DNA of 64,000 bases from contig JAFGFJ010000006.1 in the NCBI GenBank assembly GCA_016931155.1, positions 385,419 through 449,418 on the forward strand, read 5' to 3'. This DNA is from Candidatus Dojkabacteria bacterium. GTDB lineage: Bacteria; Patescibacteriota; Dojkabacteria; B142; JAFGFJ01. The notes below the pieces were generated by a model. That model was given only the letters and a program-made list of their open reading frames with translations, was not told where the DNA came from and made no database searches. Within the stretch, counting starts at the first letter, position 1; each line of letters begins with the position of its first letter. Both the position numbers and the translations under genes were made by a program. Below, piece by piece: positions 20,255-30,094 of this stretch.

Positions 20255-21481
20255 TTAGAAATTGGAAATTACTGTAAATACAAGATTGTCTGAATAGTCG
20301 TCAGCGGGAGGAGTTGCGAAAGATGCGGTTGCTTTTACTTCAATTTGTGCCCTTCCAGCATAAATACCTGAAGAGGTGGTCAATATTGTATCTGTACCCG
20401 TTGACCTTAATCTTCCAACCTGGTCTTGTATACTTGCATTGTAGTAGTTACTATTTCTTACAAGTGATGAAGGGGTAGTACTGTTGATGTTTGAAATTTT
20501 TATCCCAAACCCTTCGCTTACAGTAGAAAGATCAACTGTGGTGGGATTTCCGACAGAAGGTGAGGGGATAGTATTGGAGGCGGAATTGCTTAGTAATCCG
20601 TCGTTTAGGTCACTAATGTAAGTGGAAATGCCACTAATGATGTTACTCCCAAGATCCAGGTATATTCTGTTTGGAGCAGTAATTACTTCCCCAGGCGTAA
20701 GTGTTCCCAGTGCTATGCTATAAGGAGCAGCACTTTCGTCGGGATTTGGCCAAGTATCTCCTGATATATCAATATCAAAAGCAATACTTGGGATCTGTGT
20801 TGTAGCATTAACAGAAGGGCTTGGTGGAGATTCTGTAAGATCGCCATGTAGAGCAGTCAATCTAACCTGGTATTCTGTATTAGGACTTAATCCGATGATA
20901 TTTGCACTGTCCCATGGGAAAGATTCCCATTGGTCTTTTGTAAGAAAATTCGCAATACTTTTTGCGGTTCCTGCCTGTCTTGTTACTCCGTCAATATATT
21001 GTATGGTCGTAAAATTATCGGTTGAAATTTGAATACCGTACAAGGCATCAGTAGGGTTATTTTGTGTGTCAATTACTATCTTGGCTCTGTCGTAAAAACC
21101 ACCCTCACCAGCTTCTCCCTTTGTACCATTTTGATTGGGGTATGAGGTGTTACATTGAGAATTTGCACTATCAGTATTTGTTTCAAAGCATGTAATTAAT
21201 GGGACATTTGCTATATAAGTGCTTGGTGTCCCAGCACCTATAGAATAAGAAGAACTCATTAGCTTCGGATCGGAAATTTCTCCTAAAGCTGAATAAAAAT
21301 AGTAGTTCGTTGATGATGATACTAATGTACCAGAGTTTATTGTTGGTGTCACGATTCTAAAGCTGGGAGAGGTGATCTCTTCTTGAGCATAGACTTTACC
21401 AAGAAAGAATATCTGCAATGCAGAAGCTAATACAACTACCAATTTAAGACTATTAAAAATTGCTTTTTTCATTAATATCAT
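20255..21481 (-). CDS. secreted Ser/Thr/Asn-rich protein
   Basis: 408 aa with an N-terminal signal peptide and no catalytic motif. Confidence 0.5.
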   Translation of the reverse strand: MILMKKAIFNSLKLVVVLASALQIFFLGKVYAQEEITSPSFRIVTPTINSGTLVSSSTNYYFYSALGEISDPKLMSSSYSIGAGTPSTYIANVPLITCFETNTDSANSQCNTSYPNQNGTKGEAGEGGFYDRAKIVIDTQNNPTDALYGIQISTDNFTTIQYIDGVTRQAGTAKSIANFLTKDQWESFPWDSANIIGLSPNTEYQVRLTALHGDLTESPPSPSVNATTQIPSIAFDIDISGDTWPNPDESAAPYSIALGTLTPGEVITAPNRIYLDLGSNIISGISTYISDLNDGLLSNSASNTIPSPSVGNPTTVDLSTVSEGFGIKISNINSTTPSSLVRNSNYYNASIQDQVGRLRSTGTDTILTTSSGIYAGRAQIEVKATASFATPPADDYSDNLVFTVISNF

Positions 21482-23108
21482 TTAATTCTTTAATATTTCT
21501 CAACCAGTATAATATTTTTTTGTCTTTTTCTCCAAAGATTTGCATTACTTTGTGTACAATGGCAACAGCGGCTTCAAATTCCGGCTGGACTGTTTCATCG
21601 ACACCCAGTCTGGCTAATACTTCTCTGTCTTTCCCATTATGAATTCTTGCTAGTACCTTTACCTTGGGATTAATCTCTTTTGATATCTTGCTTATTATAT
21701 TAACATCCTGTTCTTTGGGTAGAGCCAGCACTATTGCCTTAGCTCTTTCAACATCAGCTTTATCCAGTATTTCTCTATGTGAAGGGTCTCCATATATTAT
21801 TTTTAATCCCTCACTCTGGAGTCTTTCAACCTTTTCGGAGTCAAAATCGATGGCAATAAAAGGCAGTTTGAGTTTTGTTAGTGCTTCTCCAACATAAGCC
21901 CCAACTCTTCCATATCCGCATATAACTGTATGGTCATAAAGATCCGGCTGGTCTATTTCGAATTTATTTGTGTTTCTTACGAAGAGGAGCCTGTGAAGTT
22001 TAGGGTTTCTTTGCTGAGTAAGAACCTTTGCTTTATTATACAATTTGTCGGCACTATCGAAGAGAGCAGGAGCCAGCATCAAGCTTAAGATTGTTACTGA
22101 TATTACTATGGAACTAAGATCCTGATTTATCAGTCCTTTTGCGGTAAGTATTGTTGTAACTAGAAAAGCAAACTCTCCCACATGAGGAAGACCCAGGGCG
22201 ACCCTGAAAGCGATTTTCGGATGTTGTTTACCAATCCAGATCGTTAGGAATAATACAATTACTATTTTCAATCCCATTATAATAGTACCGATAAGCACTA
22301 TTTTGAATAGATTTGCGAAGAAGAAATCAAATGAAAATAGAGTACCTATTGATATGAAGAATATAAGGGAGAAAACATCCCGCAAGGGTTTTACCTCAGT
22401 AAAGATTTCATTATTCAGGAAGCTTTCTGAGATCATTACCCCCCCAAGAAAGGCTCCAAGTGTGAATGAAAGACCAATCTTTTCGCTGATGTAGGCTAGG
22501 ATCATCGGGAATATAAGAGATACAAGTAATAGTAATTCATTTGATTTTAATTTTGCTATCTGACGGAGAACTGCAGGAATTAAATTTCTTCCAATGAGAA
22601 TTGCTGATGCTATCAAAACGAAGCTTTTTAATATTGCATTTGAAATTGTTCCAATGTTAAAACTTACTTTCGCCCCAACATTTAGGAGAAGAATTACCAG
22701 AAAAACTACTGCAATATCTTGTAAGATCAACCACCCAATCATTATTTCTCCTGATTTTGTGTCTAGTTCATGTCTCTTTTCAAGAATTTTTATTGCTATC
22801 GCTGTTGAGCTTAATGAAAAAACTGAAGAAAGAGCTAAGGCCTCAAAAGAAGAAAGGTTGAAAATTCTGAAAATGAACCAGCCAAGAAGAATAGTTAGTA
22901 TGATTTGAAGTGTTCCTCCCAAAAATACAATTTTTTTAACTCTTAGTAACTTGTCAAGAGAAAACTCAATGCCAATTGCAAAAAGGAGTAGGGCGGCTCC
23001 AATTTCAGCGAGACGAATGGAGTTCTCAATTCTTACAAATTTTGCTGCGAAAGGGAGGGTGAGGATTGCTCCGACAAGAATATATCCGATTATGACTGGT
23101 TGTTTCAA
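21453..23108 (-). CDS. CPA2-family cation:proton antiporter with a C-terminal TrkA-N (NAD-binding) domain (Kef-like)
   Basis: Multi-TM N-terminal exchanger domain, then ICGYGRVGAYVG Rossmann motif. Confidence 0.75.
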   Translation of the reverse strand: MKQPVIIGYILVGAILTLPFAAKFVRIENSIRLAEIGAALLLFAIGIEFSLDKLLRVKKIVFLGGTLQIILTILLGWFIFRIFNLSSFEALALSSVFSLSSTAIAIKILEKRHELDTKSGEIMIGWLILQDIAVVFLVILLLNVGAKVSFNIGTISNAILKSFVLIASAILIGRNLIPAVLRQIAKLKSNELLLLVSLIFPMILAYISEKIGLSFTLGAFLGGVMISESFLNNEIFTEVKPLRDVFSLIFFISIGTLFSFDFFFANLFKIVLIGTIIMGLKIVIVLFLTIWIGKQHPKIAFRVALGLPHVGEFAFLVTTILTAKGLINQDLSSIVISVTILSLMLAPALFDSADKLYNKAKVLTQQRNPKLHRLLFVRNTNKFEIDQPDLYDHTVICGYGRVGAYVGEALTKLKLPFIAIDFDSEKVERLQSEGLKIIYGDPSHREILDKADVERAKAIVLALPKEQDVNIISKISKEINPKVKVLARIHNGKDREVLARLGVDETVQPEFEAAVAIVHKVMQIFGEKDKKILYWLRNIKELNDINEKSNF

Positions 23109-23443
23109 CTTAATGGCAATATATCCGCCGACAAAACCGGCAAAAAGAAGAATCGTAGCCTCTTTGATTAGTTCTATTCCTTCCAGAGCAGTAAATATCA
23201 GAAATAAAGAATAAAAATAATATAGACTAATAGGATTATGTTATCAAATTGAGAATTGCCTTGAAGGTTAGATCGCATTCTAAATCAGGTTTATATGCAT
23301 GCTTATAAGTATAGTAATTTGATTATTCGATTCTAAGCAATACGCTTTTCTGGTATGTACATCCGACTATTGCAAATCGTTATTTCGGGTGATATAATCA
23401 GCCCGCTAAATTGGCTGTAAGGAAATTTTAACCAAGAAGGTAA

Positions 23444-23641
23444 ATGAGAAAATTAAATCTAACTCTTACAATTTCTCTGGCAACATTATTGCTCACTCTT
23501 TTGCTGAAACCTGTAGCAGCCCAGGCAGGAGAAATGATTGTTCATACTGATGGAGATGCTGTCTCTGCGTTTTTTGCAATTACCCTGACCCCTCTTTGGG
23601 TGTTTGTTGGGAAGTTACTGAGAAGGGAACTCGGAGATTAA
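23444..23641 (+). CDS. possible small secreted protein (65 aa)
   Basis: AGAAGG ribosome-binding site 7 nt upstream and a signal-peptide-like N-terminus. It overlaps the 3' end of the convergent M20 gene. Confidence 0.25.
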   Translation: MRKLNLTLTISLATLLLTLLLKPVAAQAGEMIVHTDGDAVSAFFAITLTPLWVFVGKLLRRELGD

Positions 23642-24763
23642 CTTCTCAATAAATTTTCTTGAAAAGTCGATTGATTTCTGAATTGAGTTTATATATAGAA
23701 ATTCTTTGGCAGTGTGATCATTGTCTCCTTGGCATCCCATTCCATCCAGCACTATCATATTATATTGGGATAAGTGATTAGCATCTGACGCTCCTCCTCT
23801 TTTTTCTTCATTTACCTCAATGTGCAAATTTTTACCAATTTCTTTTGCAATCATTAACAATTTATTTGTCTGTGCTGTCGGGGTCATTGGTAGGATATCA
23901 TAAAGCCATTTAAGCTTGGTTGATGTTCCCCTGATAAAGTCTTTTTGTGCGATCTTTTCGTATTCTCTTCTAACTCTTGTTCTTTCTTCTTCTGTTGAAA
24001 TTCTGTAGTCTGCAGTGATTTCTGCACTTGATGCGATTGAGTTTAGTACTGTTCCGCCTTTGATTACCCCACAGTTTGTGGTAGTTTCCTTCTGATAGTC
24101 GGCCAGTTTTTCAATTTCCAGTATTTTATGTGCGGCCTCCTGTATGGCACTGATTCTTTCATTTCTTTTCGTTAGTACTCCGGAATGACCGCCAGGAGCT
24201 GAAATCGTGAAAACTGCTCCGCCAAATCCTTTTCTCGCTGTTACAACACTGCGTTTTAGGGGAGTAAAATTATGCAGTTTAGTATTTGGGCATCCGGAAG
24301 CCTCATAAACAAGACCAATGTCATGTTCTTTGTAAATATATTCCAGCTTCTTTTTATGTGCATTACTTCCCATTTCTTCATCGGGAATTAAGATAAAAGA
24401 AATATTTCTAAGTTTGTTTTCAGAATATAGATTCTTTAATACCTCGATAATAACTAGTAATCCGCCTTTCATGTCATTTGTTCCGGGTCCGTAGAGTTTA
24501 TTCCCTTTCTGAACAGTTGGGAATCTCAATCCCGGTCTATGTACTGTATCGGAGTGCCCAGCAAGAAGGACTTTTTTGGATTCATTAGTGAAGATTTTCG
24601 AACGAAAAAGTATTAAATCTCCGAATCTTTTGCTCGAAAACACTTTTTTGTTCATAAAAGGTAGTTCTTTTTGTACTATTAAACCGACTTTATCAACACC
24701 TGCTTTGTTTCTGGTGAATGAATTCTGATTTAACAGTTTTTTTAGTAATTCGAGTTTCTCCAT
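23615..24763 (-). CDS. M20-family peptidase (ArgE/DapE/CPG2-like)
   Basis: HSDTVH, GTNDMKGG and ISAPGGHSG motifs. Confidence 0.7.
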   Translation of the reverse strand: MEKLELLKKLLNQNSFTRNKAGVDKVGLIVQKELPFMNKKVFSSKRFGDLILFRSKIFTNESKKVLLAGHSDTVHRPGLRFPTVQKGNKLYGPGTNDMKGGLLVIIEVLKNLYSENKLRNISFILIPDEEMGSNAHKKKLEYIYKEHDIGLVYEASGCPNTKLHNFTPLKRSVVTARKGFGGAVFTISAPGGHSGVLTKRNERISAIQEAAHKILEIEKLADYQKETTTNCGVIKGGTVLNSIASSAEITADYRISTEEERTRVRREYEKIAQKDFIRGTSTKLKWLYDILPMTPTAQTNKLLMIAKEIGKNLHIEVNEEKRGGASDANHLSQYNMIVLDGMGCQGDNDHTAKEFLYINSIQKSIDFSRKFIEKLISEFPSQ

Positions 24764-26007
24764 TAGATCTCTCCTCTGAGTTGAGCAAAAAAGAAGTGAT
24801 GGTTTAGCAACAATGTTAATTCGTCTAAACTCAAAGTCTCTCCAATATTAGCATTAAAATAAGTTTTTAATATTCTTTCTATATCATCCCTGGTAAATGA
24901 ATTTGTTAACTCACCCCAGTTCATTGGTCTCAGGGCAATACTATCTACTGTTTTTTCGTGAACGTATCTATAAAATCTTTCGTATGCGTCGAGATCCATA
25001 TATTCCTTTCTGCTTACTTTTAGAGAGGAAATGCCTGCACGTGCTCTTGCCAATGTATTAATAATTGTTGGTTTTAATTGTTTTTGAGAATCATTTGTAG
25101 TTGTAAGGAGCTTCGTTTCGACCAGCTTGGTTATCTCGAGTAGTTCGGAAAGATCCTTAAAGTCAAAGTTTCCTTGCAGAGAGTCTAATGCCTTTTGCAG
25201 ACTCAAGGCTGTTCTTCCTTTCCGCTGAGAATCTGCGTTTGTGTATATCTGTTGATCTGCAAGCCATTTAAATACGTCATCATAACCATCTTTTACTGAC
25301 AGTACTCCTGCAAGGGTTAGTACCTCCTGAATTGCAACAGATTGTGCATATTTCTCCAGATCAGGAGTTGATCCTCTCCCTGTATACTCAATTCTTCTTG
25401 AATTTCCAATTAATCCAGGATTCGAGTTGATCATTGCTTCTTCGAACTGAGGCAGGCACACAGTTGATCTCACTCTAACTTGAGAATGGAGTCCTGAAAA
25501 CTCCTCTCCATTGTGAAGGACAATTATTGCTCCTCTATCAGGAGTGTTTGATCTTCCTTTTGCTACCTGTAGTGCCTGCAATTCAGCAAGATTTGTTGTG
25601 GGATCTATTATTTCATCAGCATCATTTGAGGTAGGCATTATTCTTTTTAGCAGTTCTCTTGAATCAGATACCAGTTGTCCTCCAATCTCTATTCTTGTAC
25701 CGTATGTCATTGCTCCGCTGTAGCAAAGACCATCCATTATATTGCTGTATGCGATGTATAGATTTGATATGGCCCTTGCAGATCTTTCTGACATAAAACC
25801 GTTTTCTCCCGTCGGAGCTTTTTTTGAAACATGTCCGGCATTTAGAAGCCAAAACCTCATATCCTTATAAGTAGAAATTAATGACTCTAATCCTTCAAAT
25901 CCGAGATTTGATGCTACCTGATTCCAAGCTTTTTTAACAGGTTCAGCCAGTTCACTTAGGTAAGGTTGAATTAGTTTTGTCTGTAGTATCCTGACCATTG
26001 AAGCCAC
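24763..26007 (-). CDS. hypothetical protein (414 aa)
   Basis: Its stop codon overlaps the start of the M20 gene, and no motif is recognised. Confidence 0.5.
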   Translation of the reverse strand: MASMVRILQTKLIQPYLSELAEPVKKAWNQVASNLGFEGLESLISTYKDMRFWLLNAGHVSKKAPTGENGFMSERSARAISNLYIAYSNIMDGLCYSGAMTYGTRIEIGGQLVSDSRELLKRIMPTSNDADEIIDPTTNLAELQALQVAKGRSNTPDRGAIIVLHNGEEFSGLHSQVRVRSTVCLPQFEEAMINSNPGLIGNSRRIEYTGRGSTPDLEKYAQSVAIQEVLTLAGVLSVKDGYDDVFKWLADQQIYTNADSQRKGRTALSLQKALDSLQGNFDFKDLSELLEITKLVETKLLTTTNDSQKQLKPTIINTLARARAGISSLKVSRKEYMDLDAYERFYRYVHEKTVDSIALRPMNWGELTNSFTRDDIERILKTYFNANIGETLSLDELTLLLNHHFFFAQLRGEI

Positions 26008-26156
26008 ATAGGGTCCGTACTCGCTTTGATCAGGTTGAAGTGACTCCCAGGAGTCAAGATTAATTTTTGCTGGATGTGAACCAGCATGGTTGAAAAGTAA
26101 AAATGAATGGAGCTGGCTTGAATTCTCGGGTAGTATTTTCTTAGCCAGATACGCTT

Positions 26157-26690
26157 TTACCTGCTAAGGAAATCTCCTCCAGAATAGGGAGAAGGTTCTT
26201 GTAGCTCAATTTGATATCGACCCAGCTCTTGTTTCCCTTCGGGAAGGACAGACAAATCATCCAAATCAGTGAAAAATGGTTGAAACGTAAGTTCGATTTC
26301 CGGACCTGCATAGGCACCACCATTAAATAAATATGAATTCAAGTAATCGATAGCTATTTGTTTATCTTCATCTCTTTTAAAGCTCTGGATAGCAATTACT
26401 CCGACTTCTGATTTGATTACCCTGCCTGGATTTCCAGGTCTTGCTTCAGTTATTTTCCCATTATCACCAAAATAGATTTTTCTTCTCCAGCTTTGAGACG
26501 GGACAACTGCAATTACTCCTGTTTCATTCCTATATATCTGTGCTTCATCATTATAATTACCTTCTATCTGTATAAATCCCAGCTGTTCAAGTTCAGTGGT
26601 CACTTCTTGCAATGCTAAGTCTTTTGTTGTCTTTTTGAATGTTACCTCGTTGTTTGGGATTAAATTTTCGGTTGTTGCTGTTGTTCCCAT
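26157..26690 (-). CDS. hypothetical protein (177 aa)
   Basis: Same strand as, and 150 bp upstream of, the 414 aa gene; no motif recognised. Confidence 0.45.
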   Translation of the reverse strand: MGTTATTENLIPNNEVTFKKTTKDLALQEVTTELEQLGFIQIEGNYNDEAQIYRNETGVIAVVPSQSWRRKIYFGDNGKITEARPGNPGRVIKSEVGVIAIQSFKRDEDKQIAIDYLNSYLFNGGAYAGPEIELTFQPFFTDLDDLSVLPEGKQELGRYQIELQEPSPYSGGDFLSR

Positions 26691-26904
26691 CGCTTTTATA
26701 AATAAAAATACCTCTCTTTCGAGAGGTCTGAATTTGTTGATTGTTAGTTTATTTACGACTTAGCCTCCCGATAGTTAATTAGCTCTTCAATGAGAGCTAT
26801 AGCGAGGAGAATAATAATTGCAAACAAACTGTTTATGTACATGATCTGTTTGCGGAATTTATCATAAGGACAGTATCAAGTCAATAGCGTACGTACTTTG
26901 TGTC

Positions 26905-27696
26905 ATGCACTTTTTGAACAGAAGTAGCCGATATTGTTATGATATAATTACAAACAATAAGCAGAAATTGGAAGCTCGTAATAAAATGGAAAAACCCAGT
27001 GGTATTCAAACTGCCAGAAAAACCAGTGATAATATGTTCCCTGAGATCCTTTGGATTAGTAATTTTGATATAAATACACCTACTAATGTAGGACTTCTTT
27101 GTGAGGGTGCTGGATACTTGGCTTTAATTAACCCAGAGATTAGGGAAGGTATACAAAGTGAGCTGGTTTTATTTAGTGAACTTCGGACTGATATAACACA
27201 GCTTCTGAGGTACGGAGGCATAATAACTCCAAGAGGAATTATAAAACTAAATTGTGAAAAAGTTGACGAAATTGATGAAATTGGCTTTTTGCAAAATTTG
27301 GGTATAGATGTAAAAAAAATAGCAATTGATACTGAGTTAATTCTGCAAAAGATTATGTTTAATCAAAGATACAATAGATATGGGGAAGTTACCCTGGTGC
27401 GTCCAGGTTTGATTTCAAGTTTAGAATGTAAAAAAAATAAATCTGGGGCGATAAATGTTTTTATAAAAGGTGAATTAGAGAGATTAGAGTTGAAAGGAAA
27501 GTTAAGACTGAGAAGAGGAGATGTTCGGGGTTATAAGTTAATAGCATGCCTGGTAGAGTATTCAAAATCAGCAAAAAAAGGAGCAGGCTTGATGGAAAGT
27601 CACATTTCAACTCAAAGTATGGTGGAAGCAATAATTTGTGATTTATTGTTGATGGATAAGCCACTTGGACAAAGTGAAATCCTTTCAACTTTTTGA
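26905..27696 (+). CDS. hypothetical protein (263 aa)
   Basis: Long ORF with no recognised domain. The true start may be the internal Met (MEKPSG). Confidence 0.45.
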   Translation: MHFLNRSSRYCYDIITNNKQKLEARNKMEKPSGIQTARKTSDNMFPEILWISNFDINTPTNVGLLCEGAGYLALINPEIREGIQSELVLFSELRTDITQLLRYGGIITPRGIIKLNCEKVDEIDEIGFLQNLGIDVKKIAIDTELILQKIMFNQRYNRYGEVTLVRPGLISSLECKKNKSGAINVFIKGELERLELKGKLRLRRGDVRGYKLIACLVEYSKSAKKGAGLMESHISTQSMVEAIICDLLLMDKPLGQSEILSTF

Positions 27697-27716
27697 GCCA
27701 CCACCAAATTTTAGAT

Positions 27717-28328
27717 TTATTTCGAAACCATCAGAAATGTTGTTCTATTCTCATGATCATCCTGAAGATTATCCATAATCACTTCAAGCCCATAAATATT
27801 TGCAATTACTTTTGACCCGACGGTGGCTATAGTATTATCAATCTTACCTTTTGACAGAGCCCATGCAATTTTTGCGGTATCAATCATATCTCCTTTTCCG
27901 ACCTTTTGAGTCAAACCCGGAAAGTATTTTGCTAAATTCTTTCTGCATTGAAAGAGTGCTTGCGGGTGAGCCATTACGGTTTCTATTTCTGCGTTATTTA
28001 CATCTTTCCTCCTCATCAAGTTGTGTGCAATTGAAATAGTGAATTTCTCTCTGATTTTGAATATGTGTTTTGCCATTGCATCTATCGACTCATCTACTAT
28101 ACCTCCGCTGGAATTCTGAATAGCAAATAAGCCAAAATCAATTTTTTTGTTACTGAGAGATTGAAGGACTTTTGGGGTTGTATATAAATATTTTATTTTA
28201 TAACTTTTAATGTTGTATTTCTTAGTATAGGTCATTAGCGCTTCCTCATTGAAGCTTCCCTTGCCACCTTGAATTCCAAAAGTGGTGGTATACTTTTCTA
28301 CTTTTCTGAATCTTTTTGTGTTTGACAT
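27717..28328 (-). CDS. prephenate dehydratase catalytic (PDT) domain protein without an ACT domain
   Basis: GxxGSF motif (GGKGSFNEEA), AHPQALFQC and a C-terminal ENRTTFL (TRF) motif. At 203 aa it is too short for a regulatory ACT domain. Confidence 0.7.
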   Translation of the reverse strand: MSNTKRFRKVEKYTTTFGIQGGKGSFNEEALMTYTKKYNIKSYKIKYLYTTPKVLQSLSNKKIDFGLFAIQNSSGGIVDESIDAMAKHIFKIREKFTISIAHNLMRRKDVNNAEIETVMAHPQALFQCRKNLAKYFPGLTQKVGKGDMIDTAKIAWALSKGKIDNTIATVGSKVIANIYGLEVIMDNLQDDHENRTTFLMVSK

Positions 28329-28349
28329 CGTTGTTACTGAAAAAAGGGA

Positions 28350-29243
28350 TTAATGTACTAATTCTCTAAATTTTCTTAGTTCCTTGGTCAAGAATTTCAG
28401 CTCATCAATTGTGATGTGCTGGTCTGTATCTGTTTTTGATGTTCCAACTTCAATCAAAATCCCGTCATAAAGGAATGCACCATTCTCCTCTTTTATCTTC
28501 ATTGCATCGATTGTTCCCTCAACGATCTGATCTCTTTTTTTGGAACCAAAAATATGACTGGGATCGAAAAATAGTTTTGTTCTTGTGCTTTGTTTAACTC
28601 TTTTGGAAATATTGTGGACTGGATAGTTTCTATAACTCCCTTTTTCAGCTATGTCTACTCCCCGGTGAATTAAAACTATATCATTGTCTCTGCCTCCATA
28701 TTCAGTAAGTCCTGCCCAGGTTTTTTCCAGTGAAGTTTGCTTATCGTATTCAGTTGAATCTGCTTTTGAAATATCTTCGCCGACCCATTTCCCATTTTTG
28801 ATTCCAATTGTCCATCTGTTTTTTCTTGCGTAACTTCCTATCTCAATTATTTGCCATCCGAGCTGGTTTACAGCAGGATTCCATGCCATCAACTTACCTT
28901 TTCCGATTCTTCCCTCGAAGAGCGGAAGTTGTATTGAAGGGAGCATTATTTCTGTTGCTACAATAAGTCCGGTATCTTTGTGAAATTTTTCTGCTATTTC
29001 AACGCTTGGTGGTATGAGAAGATCGTTTAGATTTCCGCCTCTCCATAGAATTTCCAGATTCTTCATTATGGGTTCAAAATCAATTCCCATTCCTTCACCT
29101 TTCGGATCAAGTGCTGTTCTTGATTTCAAACCCACGATGCGGGTGCCGGCAACGGGAAGTTTTGAGATTTCATAGATTTCGGGGACATTGGTCTCATCAA
29201 TAGAGCAGGGCCCTGCAATAATTGTTAGTTTTTTGTTTTTCAT
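28350..29243 (-). CDS. DAHP synthase / KDO8P synthase family protein
   Basis: IIAGPCSIDE N-terminal motif, KSRT (KPRTS-like) and DPSH metal-binding motif. Confidence 0.6.
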   Translation of the reverse strand: MKNKKLTIIAGPCSIDETNVPEIYEISKLPVAGTRIVGLKSRTALDPKGEGMGIDFEPIMKNLEILWRGGNLNDLLIPPSVEIAEKFHKDTGLIVATEIMLPSIQLPLFEGRIGKGKLMAWNPAVNQLGWQIIEIGSYARKNRWTIGIKNGKWVGEDISKADSTEYDKQTSLEKTWAGLTEYGGRDNDIVLIHRGVDIAEKGSYRNYPVHNISKRVKQSTRTKLFFDPSHIFGSKKRDQIVEGTIDAMKIKEENGAFLYDGILIEVGTSKTDTDQHITIDELKFLTKELRKFRELVH

Positions 29244-30086
29244 TTACTCATTGTTAAAATTTTTTATTTTTGTTTTTACAACTTGTTTTAATTCGTCCTT
29301 AACACCCTTCAACAATCTGTAGGGAGCGTACTCGTCAGGATTACTAAAAATATTTCCCTTGAGTTTTTCAGCGTACTTTATCCTGAGCTCGGAGTTAATG
29401 TTTATCTTGGTTATGCCTTCGTCTATCAAAGATCTGATCAGGTTCTTCTCAAGGAAGGAACCTCCATGTAGAACAAGGGGGACATCAGGGAGTAATCTGT
29501 TTATTTTCTTTAGGATATCTATTCGTATATTTGATAATGATTTAAATTTTCCGCTTTGAGTACCAATCGAAACTACTAAACTATCACATTTCGAATCTAT
29601 AACAAACCTTTTTGCTATCTCAGGATCGGTAATGGTCATATCTTTTAGCATCTCATTGTTGTAATAGACTAGAGGTACTACTTCAAGAACCCCTTCCAAT
29701 TGTGCTTTATATTTTTTTGTCAAATCTCTAGCCTTTAAAGTTAATTCCAGATTTTTGGTATAGTCTTTTTCATTGAACTCAGCACTTATTGAGTTATAGC
29801 CAGCGTCAAGGCATCTCTTCATCCAGGAAAGATCATCACTTCTATCCAGGTGCAAAATGTAATTAACACCATATAAATTGGATAATTCTTCAGTAATCGA
29901 AAAAAGGACTTTTGGCATAAAGTGCTCGGATTCGCCTCTGGAGGTTTCAATTATTACCTCAGAACTTTTTTCCGAGGCAGACTCAAAGATTGCCTGCAGT
30001 GTTTCAAGAGAGGATACATTAAAAGCTCCGACCGCTTTTTTCTGTGTTTTTTTCTTTTTTAGAAGAGTGATTGCGTTTACCAGCAT
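29244..30086 (-). CDS. class II aldolase-family protein (FbaA/KbaY-like), divergent
   Basis: GAFNV and VLHGGS motifs place it in the class II FBA family. The aligned zinc-ligand positions read HLDRS (canonical HxDH) and GTQSG (canonical GxVHG), so two His ligands appear to be replaced. Confidence 0.6.
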   Translation of the reverse strand: MLVNAITLLKKKKTQKKAVGAFNVSSLETLQAIFESASEKSSEVIIETSRGESEHFMPKVLFSITEELSNLYGVNYILHLDRSDDLSWMKRCLDAGYNSISAEFNEKDYTKNLELTLKARDLTKKYKAQLEGVLEVVPLVYYNNEMLKDMTITDPEIAKRFVIDSKCDSLVVSIGTQSGKFKSLSNIRIDILKKINRLLPDVPLVLHGGSFLEKNLIRSLIDEGITKININSELRIKYAEKLKGNIFSNPDEYAPYRLLKGVKDELKQVVKTKIKNFNNE

Positions 30087-30094
30087 ATTTGTGC

